From NCBI RefSeq assembly GCF_004010195.1, contig NC_057719.1, positions 63,000,406-63,020,405 on the forward strand: 20,000 bases of DNA, read 5' to 3'. Below are positions 8,975-18,759 of the stretch, piece after piece (position 1 is the stretch's first letter; every line of letters starts with the position of its first letter). The translations under genes were made by a program, and so were the position numbers. Origin of the DNA: Chiloscyllium plagiosum (taxonomy: Eukaryota). The notes under the pieces were generated by a model. The model saw only the letters and a program-made list of their open reading frames with translations. It did not search any database and was not told where the DNA came from.

Positions 8975-10026
8975 ACAGGAGGTTCACGAGAATGGTCCCA
9001 GGAATGAAAAGCTCAACATTTCAGGCATGTTTGAGGACTCTACTCGATGGAGTTTGGAAGGAATGGTGGGGGTGGTGGGATCTAATTGAAACTTACAGAT
9101 TGTAGGTGATATAAAGATAGGGAGAGGTAGCATTGAGGAGGCGGGGGGTCTGCAGAAGGATTTGGACAAGTTAGGAGAGTAGGCAAAGAAGTGGCAGATG
9201 GAAAACAATGTGAGAAAGTGTGAGGTCATGCACTTTGGTAAGAAGAACAGAGGCATAGACTATTTTCTAAATGGGGAGAAAATTCAGAAGTCTTAAGTGC
9301 AAAGAGACTTTTGGGGGTTGGGGGTGGAGGCGGGGAGTTCTAGTCCAGGATTCTCTCAAAGTAAACTTGCAGGTTGAGTCAGTAGTTAGGAAGACAATTG
9401 CAATGATGACATTTATTTCAGGAGGACTTGAATATAAAGGCAGGGATGTACTTTTGAGGCTCTGTAGGGCTCTGATCAGGCCACATTTGGAGTATAGTGT
9501 GCAGTTTTGGGCCCCATGTCTCAGAAAGGATGTACTGGCCCTGGAGTGTGAACAGGGGAGGTTCACGAGAATGGTCTCAGAAATGAAAATCTTAATATAT
9601 GAGGAACGTTTGAGGACTCTGGATCAATACTCAATGGAGTTGCAAAGAATGAGGGGGGATCTAAGTGAAACATACAGAATATTGAATGAAGTAGATGTTG
9701 GAAAGATGTTTCCATTAGTAGGAGATACTAGGACTCAAGGGCACAGCCTTAGAGTAAAGGTAATACCCTCTAGAATAGAGATAAGGAGAAAACCTCTTCA
9801 TCCAGAGAGTAGTGTATCTATGGAATTCATTGCCATAGAAGGCTGTGGTGGCCAGGTCATTGAATAAATTTAAGACCCAAGATTTTTGATTGACAAGGGG
9901 ATCAAAGGTTATGGGGAGGAAATGTGAGAATGTGTTTGAGAAATGTATCAACCATGATTGAATGGCAGAGCAGACTTGATGGGTTGAATGGCCTAATTTC
10001 TGCTCCTACGTCTTATGGTCTTATGG
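8975..10026 (+). mobile_element. CR1 LINE 3' portion with (TCTTATGG)n tail, preceded by an out-of-order CR1 segment (8975-9101)
   Basis: Translation includes LQKDLDKL, KKWQMENNVRKCEVMHFG, ALIRPHLEYSVQFWAP, RMRGDLSETY and TRTQGHSLRV. The element ends in AATGGCCTAATTTCTGCTCCTACGTCTTATGGTCTTATGG. Confidence 0.93.
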
Positions 10027-10329
10027 AAAAGGCCTATTGACCTATCAAGTTCATACGAGAAGAGAATACTCTTGTTCTACATTTCCCATTGAAGGAATTT
10101 TACTGCATTTGTGCTGTTGAATCACATTATCACTTTAAACCCCTCAAATAATATCTCAACATTAACCTGTTCTCAGAATACCATGGTCCCTGTTTTATTT
10201 TGAATATGTGCAGTACCGACTCCAAAATCAATCAATGTTTTTCGTTGTGGTACCTGGAACTGAACATTACTCAAGAAGGAGTTTGATCAAGACAGTAAGC
10301 AACGGGAGGAACACTGCCTTTCTCTGTTG

Positions 10330-10846
10330 TCTGTGTCTTCACTCTCATCAAATCCTATTCCTTATTGCTCATCTACATTAGCTCCCAATCAAGCAATATC
10401 TAAATCTTAAAATTCTCATCCTTTTTTCAAATACCTTCATGGCTTTGTTCCTCCCTATTACTGGGTTCAGGCCCCAGCTAGTCTAGAGATGTGCATTGGC
10501 ATAGCTGAATAAATTGATTAAAAATATTTATAATCTCCGTCCAGATTTCTGTACTCCTCTTATTCTGGTCTCTTGCGTATTCCCAGTAATTATTCTACTG
10601 GCAGTGATACATTCAGTTTCCCTAATCCCAAACTCTGAAATTCTCCTCCACACATCTCTTCCTCTTTTCTTTCCTCCTCTAATAGCCTCTTAAAACTTTC
10701 CTCTTCTCAGGTCATCTCACCTTATTTCCTTGTAAAATTTCTCCTTATTTGATTCAGAATGATACTTCGTTTTTTAATACTGCTGTGATGGGTCCTGAGG
10801 CATTTAATTAAGTTCTAGGCACCTTATAAATAAGGCACCATTGTTG
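10330..10846 (+). mobile_element. Decayed L2-type LINE 3' end
   Basis: Residues of L2 C-terminal coding motifs (CTACATTAGCTCCC = LHWLP-like; AAAATTCTCATCC = KILIL; AAACTCTGAAATTCTC = LWNS-like). A tail, CTGTGATGGGTCCTGAGGCATT...TATAAATA...TTGTTG, resembles L2 tails. Confidence 0.65.
10461..10527 (+). mobile_element. Short tRNA-derived SINE-like fragment inserted in the L2
   Basis: It begins with a B-box-like GGTTCAGGCCCC, ends in A/T-rich sequence and interrupts the L2 colinearity. Family not identified. Confidence 0.35.
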
Positions 10847-10966
10847 TATTCCAGCCTCACTTAAAGAAAAAGTAAAAACAATGACTGCAGATGCTGGAAA
10901 CCAGAGTCTAGATTAGAGTGGTGCTGGAAAAGCACAGCAGTTCAGGCAGCATCCGAGGAGCAGGAA

Positions 10967-11002
10967 AATTAACATTTCAGGCAAAATCCCTTCATCAGGA
11001 AT
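10967..11002 (-). ncRNA. Decayed minimal hammerhead ribozyme
   Basis: Minus strand: AUUC-CUGAUGA-A-GGGA-UUUU-GCCU-GAAAU-GUU-AAUU. Spacing is identical to 1909-1944. The differences are mostly CpG-type transitions that weaken the stems. Confidence 0.7.
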
Positions 11003-11642
11003 ACAGGCAAGGAGCCTGCAGAGTGGAGAGAAGGCGGAAGATGAGACGTTCTTCCTCCAGGCATCTGGTGGTGAGGGAGCGGCGGTGGAGGAGGCCAGGA
11101 CCTCCATGTCCTCGGCAGAGTGGGAGGGGGAGTTGAAATGTTGGGCCACAGGGTGGTGGGGTTGATTGGTGTGGATGTCCCAGAGATGTTCCCTAAATCG
11201 CTCTGCTAGGAGGCGTCCAGTCTCCCCAATGTACAGGATACCACATCGGGAGCAACGGATACAATAAATGATTTTGGTGGATGTGCAGGTAAAACTTTGA
11301 TGGATATGGAAGGCTACTTCAGGGCCTTGGATGGAGGTGAGGGAGAAGGTGTGGGCTCAGGTTTTGCAATTCCTGCGGTGGCAGGGGAAGGTGCCAGGAT
11401 GGGAGGGTGGGTTGTAGGGGGATATGGACCTGACCAGGTAGTCACAGAGGGAATGGTCGTTGCAGAAGGAAGAAAGGGGTGGGGAGGGAAATATATTCCT
11501 GGTGGTGGGGTCCGTTTGGAGGTGGCTTAAATGTCAGTGGATAATTTGGTTTATGCGAAGGTTGGTAGAGTGGAAGATGAGCACCGGGGCGTTCTGTCCT
11601 TGTTACGGTTGGAGGGGTGGAGTCTGAGGGGGAGGTACGGGA

Positions 11643-11774
11643 TATGGACAAGATGCGTTGGAGGGCATCTTTAACCATATGGGAAGGGAAATTGTTCGGT
11701 GGTGGAACTATGGACAAGATGCGTTGGAGGGCATCTTTAACCACGTGGGAAGGGAAATTGTTCGGTGGTGGAAC
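11643..11774. repeat. Tandem duplication, 2 x 66 bp, inside the PLE
   Basis: TATGGACAAGATGCG...GGTGGTGGAAC occurs at 11643-11708 and 11709-11774, with two mismatches (CATAT versus CACGT). Confidence 0.95.
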
Positions 11775-12224
11775 TAGTCTTCCTGGGAGCAGATACGGCG
11801 GAGGCGGTGGAATTGGGAATATGGGATAGCATTTTTGCGGAAGGTAGGGTGGGAAGAGGTGGATTTGTAAAAAATGTCGGTCACCATTAATGGAGATGGA
11901 GAGGTCCAGGAATGGGAGGGAGGTGTCAGAGATGGTCCAGGTAAATTTAAGGTCAGGGTGGAATGTGTTGGTGAAGTTAATGAATTGCTCAACCTCCTCA
12001 CGGGAGCACGAGGTGGCGCCAATGCAGTCATCAATGTAGTGGAGGAAGAGGTGGGGAGTGGTGCCGGTGTAATTACGGAAGATCAACTGTTCTACGTATC
12101 CAACAAAGAGACAGGCATAGCTGGGACCCATAGGGGTGCCCATGGCTACCCCTTTGGTCTGGAGGAAGTGTGAGGATTCGAAGGAGAAGAAAAGACTTAC
12201 TTAAGAAAAGACTGACATTCCATG

Positions 12225-12820
12225 ACTGATGTGCACCCAAAACTCAACGTTCCTCCAAGGTTCTGGTATCCTCACCATTTAGAAAAGAATTTGCGTTGGA
12301 ATCAATGATTTAACAATAACATTCCCAAAGTGATTCACTTCAAGATTCCCAACATTGAACTCCATTTGCCCAGGTCTTGCTCACTGAGTTAATCTGTCTA
12401 TTTCTCTTTATAACTTTCTCCTTCCATTGGTACTACTTAGGGTGCTGTCCATCAACAAACTTGATCATAAGATTCTCGATTTCTTCATCCAAGTTATTAA
12501 TAAATATGCTGAAAAGTTATGCCCCAATACAGTTCCCAGGGGCATATGATATGTTCCATCCAACCAATGTATGTTCATTTTAATCCAGACTCTGTCTTAT
12601 ATCTCTCAATTAAGTTGTAACCTTTAACCCAAAGTAGTCTCCAACTCAATGCACTTTCATTTTTACTCATAGCCTTTTACATAGCTTTGCAGTACTATAT
12701 CAATGGTATTGTTGAAGTTCATTCAGATAATGTCCATAACTGTATCTTTAGGTACAATGTGCCTTCCTCAAAACAGCCCAGTAGATTAGTCAGACATAAT
12801 CATTTGAGATCAATTCTTCT
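12225..12820 (-). mobile_element. Old degenerate CR1 RT fragment
   Basis: Residual reverse-complement motifs: ACATTGAACTCCATTTGCC (WQMEFNV), CATCAACAAACTTG (KFADD-like), TCCAAGTTATTAATAAATAT (IFINNLD) and AGATTAGTCAGACA (CLTNL). Confidence 0.7.
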
Positions 12821-12911
12821 TTGCTCAGAAAGACCGATTCTAGTCATTTTCCCAGAGCTGACTGATCTGTTGTTGCCTCCATTTTCTCTCATCCCCATCT
12901 TAGAAGATAGT

Positions 12912-13529
12912 GGGCTGGATTTAGTTCCAATGACATGGGTGACCCCATCACTTGAAGAGTTGGTGGGAACCTAGTCTGCGACTGAGGGGGAGGCCTGATA
13001 TGATCATGTTTTGTTCAGGCATGTAACTTATTAGCGTTGGTCCTCCCATCCAATTAAGACACATGGAAGATAGAAATCCCATTCCTGAGAACTACCATTA
13101 AATGGCAGCTCTCCAGTGCTGGCAATGCCACAAAAAGCAATGGCTGCCACTGGTAGTGCACTGAGGCCCAGCCCCAGGATCAATGCACTTTGAATCCCGG
13201 GTGTGGGGTTCAAGAGGACGGGTTTGGAACTTTTGATCGTGCATAGAATGAGGAAGAATGATGGAACCTCCAATAAGGTCATAGGCAAACTTTACAGAGC
13301 CTGCTGAGCAACCTTCAGGAAGCACAAGAAAGACACGTGAATTTCACAAAATCCCTGAGGAGTCACAGAATTCCCGTATGCTCAGAAACTGTTGGTTTAG
13401 AGTGGCTAAGTAATGAGCCAATTGGATTCCAAAAACAACGTGTGAGATCCCTACATAGGGCCCTTTTTATCTCCAATACAATTTGGATAGGTTTTAGTCC
13501 ACTCCCACAACACCCACTAAAACCAATAA
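12912..13529. mobile_element. Possible non-autonomous DNA transposon/MITE-like element, decayed
   Basis: The left end GGGCTGGATTTAGT is partly inverse-complementary to ACTAAAACCA at 13516-13525 (9 of 10). The interior resembles a GC-richer repeat (GGCAGCTCTCCAGTGCTGGCA). No TSD is evident. Confidence 0.35.
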
Positions 13530-13684
13530 TTTCTCAATGGCACAATTGCCAAACCATGAGAGCTATGGCAGACTGTGGCTAAAGTACCTGCTTCATATGG
13601 ATTACATAAATGGAGTCATGCAAGTTATTAACAGTAGTCTCATTTTTCTCTGAACTGTTCAAGCTGGTAATTGATAGCAGCATT

Positions 13685-13910
13685 AGAGGGGACTTAAGGA
13701 AAAATAATTATCTGGCAGATGGTAATGGGTGTCTGGAGTTTATTTCCCAGCTTACTGGTTGGGATGGAAACCTTCAATGCATTTGAACAGAACATGGATC
13801 TGCACCCAAAGTCTTTAACCAGCTGCTAGAAAGTGAGATTCGAATGGTTATTCACCATGCACAAACATGAACAGAATTTGCTCTATAACCTTTTTATGGT
13901 TGTGTGGTTT
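13685..13910 (+). mobile_element. Decayed CR1 3' end
   Basis: AGAGGGGACTTAAGGAAAAA (RGDLRK), GTCTGGAG (WN-like), GCATTTGAA...TGGATCTGCAC, and a tail-like CTATAACCTTTTTATGGTTGTGTGG. Confidence 0.55.
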
Positions 13911-14341
13911 TGGGTGTATTTCTTAATAGTCTGTTGATGATTCGGTATATTTTTGAAAAATGTTAGCACCTATCAAGAGAAATTGTCTTTGTTCATAAAA
14001 TCGTAATGTACAAAAGCATTTTATAAAGGCGAAGATTTGTCAAGAGAGAAAGTAATTGTATCCTTGAAGCCTGTGATGGCAGTACAAAGGCAGTTCAATA
14101 CTTGGGTGAAGACATTGTCAACAAATTCCTGTGGTGTGCATTTGGTTTTGTCACCGTGTTTTTAAAGTTGCTATTGGTTAAAGGAATCCTACTCAACTCC
14201 TAACATCTAAAGAGGAAACAAATTGATTTCCTGTGAAGAAAATGTTTAAATTAGAAAATAATGTGTGAAATTTGTTTTATATTTTTTTAATTAATTCATG
14301 GAATCTAGGCACTGCTGGCTGGACCAGCACTTTTTTCCCAT

Positions 14342-14635
14342 CTGCTGCCTCACAGCGCCAAGACCCGGGTTCAATTCCCGCCTGAGGCAACTGTCTGTGG
14401 AGTTTGCACATTCTCCCCGTGTCTGCGTGGGTTTCCTCCGGGTGCTCTGGTTTCCTCCCACAGCCCAAAAATGTGCAGGTTAGGTGAATTGGCCAAGCTA
14501 AATTGCCCATAGTGCTAGGTGAAGGGGTAAATGTAGGGGAATGGGTCTGGGTGGGTTGCTCTTTGGAGGGTCAGTGTGGACTTGTTGGGCCGAAGGGCCT
14601 GTTTCCACACTTTAAGTAATCTAATCTAATCTAAT
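14342..14635 (+). mobile_element. HE1-type V-SINE (tRNA-derived, 5'-truncated)
   Basis: B box GGTTCAATTCC; V-domain GTGGAGTTTGCACATTCTCCCCGTGTCTGCGTGGGTTTCCTCC; CR1-like tail TGGGCCGAAGGGCCTGTTTCC; terminal (TAATC)n. The A box is missing. Confidence 0.92.
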
Positions 14636-14981
14636 ATTTCATGGGAACCAATTTCCCTTGACAAGATGCTGGTGAGCTGCCATCTTGAATCTCTGCAGTT
14701 CACTTGGTCCTGTTAGGATTTTGACCTAGTGACACTGAATGGTGAATGGCTTGCAGGGGACTTTACATGTGATGATGTTCCCATGTATTAGCTGCTCTTG
14801 TCCTTCTAGATGGCGGTTTTCGTGGGTTTGGAAGGTGCCGTCCAAAAGAGGTTTGCTGAATTGCTGCAATGCATCTTGTAGATGGTACACACTACTTTGT
14901 CCTGGATGATGTCAAGGTTCTTTAGAGTGTTAGAGCTGCACCCATCCAGGTCAATGGGGAATATTCTATCGCACTCTTAAG

Positions 14982-15121
14982 CAATGTTCCCTCTGAGCTG
15001 CACAGAGATTCCATGCACACCGAATGGTGTGTAGAAATACTGATTTTTGATTCTCAAAGTGATAGCTGTGCACAAACCCTCAGCGTTCCACACAGCGACA
15101 GGAAAGTTACAGGGAATGTTG
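14982..15121. mobile_element. 140-bp hAT-like MITE nested in the LINE
   Basis: Terminal inverted repeats are CAATGTTCCCTCTGA and, as reverse complement, CAACATTCCCTGTAA (11 of 15). The 8-bp flanks CTCTTAAG and CTTCTAAC (5 of 8) fit a decayed TSD. The LINE appears to resume after it. Confidence 0.7.
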
Positions 15122-16229
15122 CTTCTAACTTGTGTCTTTTAAGTGGTAGACAGGCTCTGGGGAGTCAGAATTCACTCAGGATTTCTAATCTCTGTCCTAC
15201 TGTTGTAGCCACAGTACTTAATTGGTAGTGCAGTTCAATTTGCAGTCAATGTTAACTCCAAGGATGTGGACGGTGGCAGATTCAGCAATGGTAATGCCAC
15301 TGAAGGTCAAGAGAAGATGGTTAGATTATCTCATTGAAAATAACCTTTGCTTGACACTTGTATGTCAAAAATGTTCCTGGTTACTTGTCAACCAAAGCCT
15401 GGATGTTATACAGATCTTGTTGCATTTGGACATGGACTGCTTCAGTACATGAAGAGTTGTGAATGGTTCTGAACATTGTGCAAGCATCAGTGAACATTAC
15501 CACTTCTAACCTTATGGAGGTAAGATTATTGATGATGCTGCTGAAGCTGGTTGGGCCTAGGACAAAACCCTGAGGAACTCCTGCAGAGATATTCTGCAGC
15601 TGAGATAACTGACCTCCAACAACTGTAACTATCTTCCTTTGTACGACATATGACTCCAATCAATGAAGAATTCCCCCCATTCCTATTGACTAGTTTTACT
15701 TGAGCTGTTGGACACAACAAATGCAGCCTTGAAATTATACCTGCATGTACAACAAATATTTAATATCGGCTGAGGTTTAGCACTCTCAATTCAATTTTAA
15801 AGCCAAATATTTCATGCCAAAATTTCAGCCTGAACAATCCATCTGTTTATATGGGTCCAAAATGGTTAATATATCGAGTCGAATGAGAACCATTAATGCA
15901 ATTAATGTCACACAGACACAAAGTCAGTCTGAGATAGTCAGTGCCAAGACATAGAAGTTTCCTAGCATGAAAAGCTGCACCATAATGTATATTCACAAAT
16001 ATTTACATCCATTCAACAAACTTCTTATTGTTGCTCTTGAGATCTCTACTTGTTAGGCCAAAGAGAGAGATTTCTCCAGCCCACCATGGTGGGAACAATG
16101 GCAACTCAGCTGATCTTTGACTAAATGCAACATGTTGAAAACATAGCTGACAACAAACTTGAGAAATAAAGTTCACAACAGAACAAAACAAGGACAATCA
16201 GGCCTGAAGCAGAAATGCAGAAGAAGGAA

Positions 16230-16860
16230 CTCCAAAGTATACTATAACACATGAGGCTGTGTTCTGAAAGATGGCTCCTTTCTACAATTGCAAGCAGAGT
16301 AGACCATGTAATTATTTGGCAAGGAGCTAATGAAGCATCAAATGTACTTGATAAAATTTTAAAAGCTTTTAATAGTAATTTCAATCTCAGAAGTAATAAC
16401 ACTCTGGAAATAGTGCAATTCAATCAACAATTCCAGGATCATGATGAATAAATGGATGATTTTACTAGTGAGCTCTACACACTAGTTGATAATCAGAATA
16501 TGGAGTTTGAGGACTGAATGGGTCACAAATGACCGCAAACAGCTCTCAGAATATTGAATGCGTTTTTTCCAACTTATGGAATTCCAGATAAAGTTGTTTC
16601 TGACAAATGATCACAATTTACAAATTACTTCAAATACTTTGCAGATAGTAGTGGATTAAAACATGTGACAAGATCATCAAGATAGGCATCATCCAATACT
16701 GACGTTAAACAAAGAATCAACTCAGTTTTGAAAAAGAAGTAAGATTTTCAAACAGATTCACGCGATTACAACTTGGACTAGCACTTTGCAAATTGTTGAT
16801 CGAAGAAATCTCAACTCCGTATTCTACATAAACAATTATTTGCAAGATTGTTGAATAAGG
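16230..16860 (+). mobile_element. Ty3/Gypsy LTR-retrotransposon remnant: gag fragment joined to integrase fragment
   Basis: Gag-like: LKAFNSNFNLRSNNTLEIVQFNQQFQDHDE*MDDFTSELYTLVDN, then EYG after a frameshift. From 16545 it reads LRILNAFFPTYGIPDKVVSDK*SQFT...HVTRSSR*ASSN, matching the integrase GIP..IVSDNGPQF / TSSP.YPQSNG motifs. Confidence 0.75.
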
Positions 16861-17324
16861 CAGTTAGTACCTGGAAGAGTGAACTGACATCACAAGGTAA
16901 ACTCAGCATGTCAGAATATAAAGTCCTGTCCCTGGAAGGAGCTAAGCAGAGCTGCACAAGTTCTTCATGCATTCGTTAATGTCCTAACTAGTATTTCAGT
17001 TATTAACTTAAGATGAAAAGCAAAGAGAAGATTTTAAAATGCTATATCAAACAAAGGAGAATTTTAATAACTGTTCATGATGCTTGGAAAAGTGCAGAAA
17101 TCTCTTTACTATTTAAATAAATTTGAAAATAACACAATGAACTAATGAGTACGGTAAAATAAAATTTAAAAGTTAATTAAAATATGCACTTCTGAAAAAT
17201 AATTTTTTATTGTTTAACTGAAATTAGCATTTTAAGACAGCAGAACAACACTTTTTTTTTCAATGTAAAACATTGCAACCAAACTTGAAGATGCAGAAAG
17301 AACCCAGTTTTTCCACTGTGCTAA

Positions 17325-17980
17325 AAAGTGTGAAAATTACAGACGTTTGTAAGAGACACCAAAACTCAGGACCATAAATAATAACTTGTTATCTTTACCG
17401 AAATAGTAGTAAAAATGTGCAACTCTGTGAACCACAAGAGGTGGTCAAGGTTAAAAGTGTAGATACATAAAGTGTTAGCCCTAGGGAACAGAGGAAGTGC
17501 TTTAGTGATCCCCTTCAGACCTCACTGGTGAAGTGCGATATTCCCACAGATACCTGAGGAATCACTGGCCCAAGACTGTCCAAAGTGGAGGAAGAATATC
17601 CGGGAAGGCATTGAGCACCTCAAGACTTGCCATCAGGAAAAAGTGAAAGCTAGGCAAAAACAGTGAAAGGAATGCACTGTGGCATCAACACCTTACCCAC
17701 TCCTTCCCACAACCACCTTGTGCCCCAAGTGTAACAGAGCCCTCGGAAGGTGCATCGATCTGTACAGCCACCTACAGACTCCCTGAGAGTAGACGAGAGT
17801 CATCCTCTTTTGCGAACACTGCCAATGATGACGCAAGGTAGATCCACGAGGATGAAAATAACAGGATAGGTTAATAAAGTTTGAGGAAGAAGGGTTAGTC
17901 GTAGCTCATGGAATAGTATTGCCACTGTTAACCAGTTGGGCACAATGACTTGTTTCTGCGCTGTGCATTCCACGTGAATA
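17325..17980 (+). mobile_element. Old CR1 3' fragment split by an RTE insertion (17325-17470 and ~17835-17980)
   Basis: The first part has CAAAACTCAGGACCATAAATA (TRGH-like), AATGTGCAACTC and GTGTAGATACAT. After the RTE comes the CR1 tail CCAGTTGGGCACAATGACTTGTTTCTGCGCTGT. Confidence 0.6.
17471..17832 (+). mobile_element. RTE-clade LINE 3' end
   Basis: Translation gives QRKCFSD...SLVKCDIPTDT*...ESLAQDCPKWRKNIREGIEHL...CPKCNRALGRCIDLYSHLQT, an RTE C-terminus with a CCHH-like knuckle. A short 3' UTR ends GTCATCCTC...CTGCCAATGATGA. Confidence 0.8.
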
Positions 17981-18759
17981 GAATTTGCAAATTCCTGCTT
18001 GGATTCCAAGCACGGCAGCAGTTCAGTACATGTTGAAATTTGTCTTTGTTCCATGAGAACGTTGGTAGCCCCTCAGAGCTATCCTCTGAAATCACTCCGA
18101 CAGCTGTTAGACTGAGAAAAAAGATAATGAATACCAATCTTTATTGCCTCCAGATTTGTTTTGCTCTCCGAATAAAAGACCTTAGGTATTTCCCCAAGGC
18201 TTCTTATGCAGTTCAGAAAACAACTGCTCAATTAAATATAATCTTAACTTTAAAGTACTACTTCAATGTTATTAGGTTCCAGTTAGCAAATGACATGAAC
18301 AAACCATATTCAAACACCCTCAGCCATTGATACAAAGAACAAAATGACAGTCCCATGTTCATAAGTCACATTGCCTGTGATTGTTCCTCACTCTGATTAG
18401 GCTGTGATTATGCAACATTGTATGTACCTCCAAGATCAGCTGGTTTCCAGTCTCATGGACAGTGGTGAATATAACTGTGTCACACTCAACTTAACTGCTC
18501 TTTGAAATGGATGAAAAATTCACCCGCTTTTCAGAAATGGACACTGATGGCTGACTATTCATTGAGTCAGTGACTTTCCTTGGAAGTGTAAACATAACAG
18601 CTCAGGCTTGATTCCAGGAATCCCAACAGCATTCCTGATACCATAATTCCTGCAGGTTAAGTATGCTGGCTGGTTTAGGCCACAAACCCGCACCCTGCAT
18701 TCCAGACCTGTGGATAATCGTGCCCTAATCACCCACAATTTTCATGGAATCATACCTAC

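Larger units (their letters stand above)
10872..12188 (-). mobile_element. Penelope-like element (RT C-terminal half + GIY-YIG endonuclease + hammerhead terminal module), 5'-truncated
   Basis: PLE-type RT motifs: KGVAMGTPMGPSYACLF, YIDD, FHPDLKFT, LPFLDL, AIPYSQF. EN motifs: IYCIRCSRCGILYIGETGR...RFREHL...VAQHFN. The terminal module is homologous to 1816-1944. The CxxC-containing EN suggests a Neptune-like group (inference). Confidence 0.93.
14285..15735 (-). mobile_element. CR1/L2-group LINE 3' part, with internal deletions and interrupted by a SINE and a MITE
   Basis: Minus ORF 15381-15659 reads ISAGVPQGFVLGPTSFSSIINNL...MFTDACT...MQQDLYNIQA, which are RT domains. The 3' UTR-like end reads TTCATGGAATCTAGGCACTGCTGGCTGGACCAGCA on the + strand. 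Confidence 0.85.

Noticed and set aside
9271..9867. 198-aa ORF as a host gene
   Set aside because: It is a CR1 ORF2 C-terminal fragment with frameshifted ends.
11442..12143. 233-aa RT ORF as an active enzyme or a telomerase/retron-like system
   Set aside because: It is a 5'-truncated PLE RT, frameshifted after the FLD motif. The repeated peptide comes from the 66-bp duplication.
14342..14385. tRNA gene
   Set aside because: Only a B box in a SINE head. The A box and a cloverleaf are missing.
14335..14647. Inverted 7-mer TTCCCAT/ATGGGAA around the SINE
   Set aside because: Too short to separate from chance or junction filler, and no direct TSD is seen.
15768..15830. Short inverted repeat GGCTGAGGTTT/AAATTTCAGCC as a collapsed MITE
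   Set aside because: Only 9 of 11 match and there is no TSD. It cannot be supported without a copy-number search.
18604..18725. Possible MITE ends AGGCTTGATT/AATCGTGCCC
   Set aside because: A 7-of-10 match is too weak.
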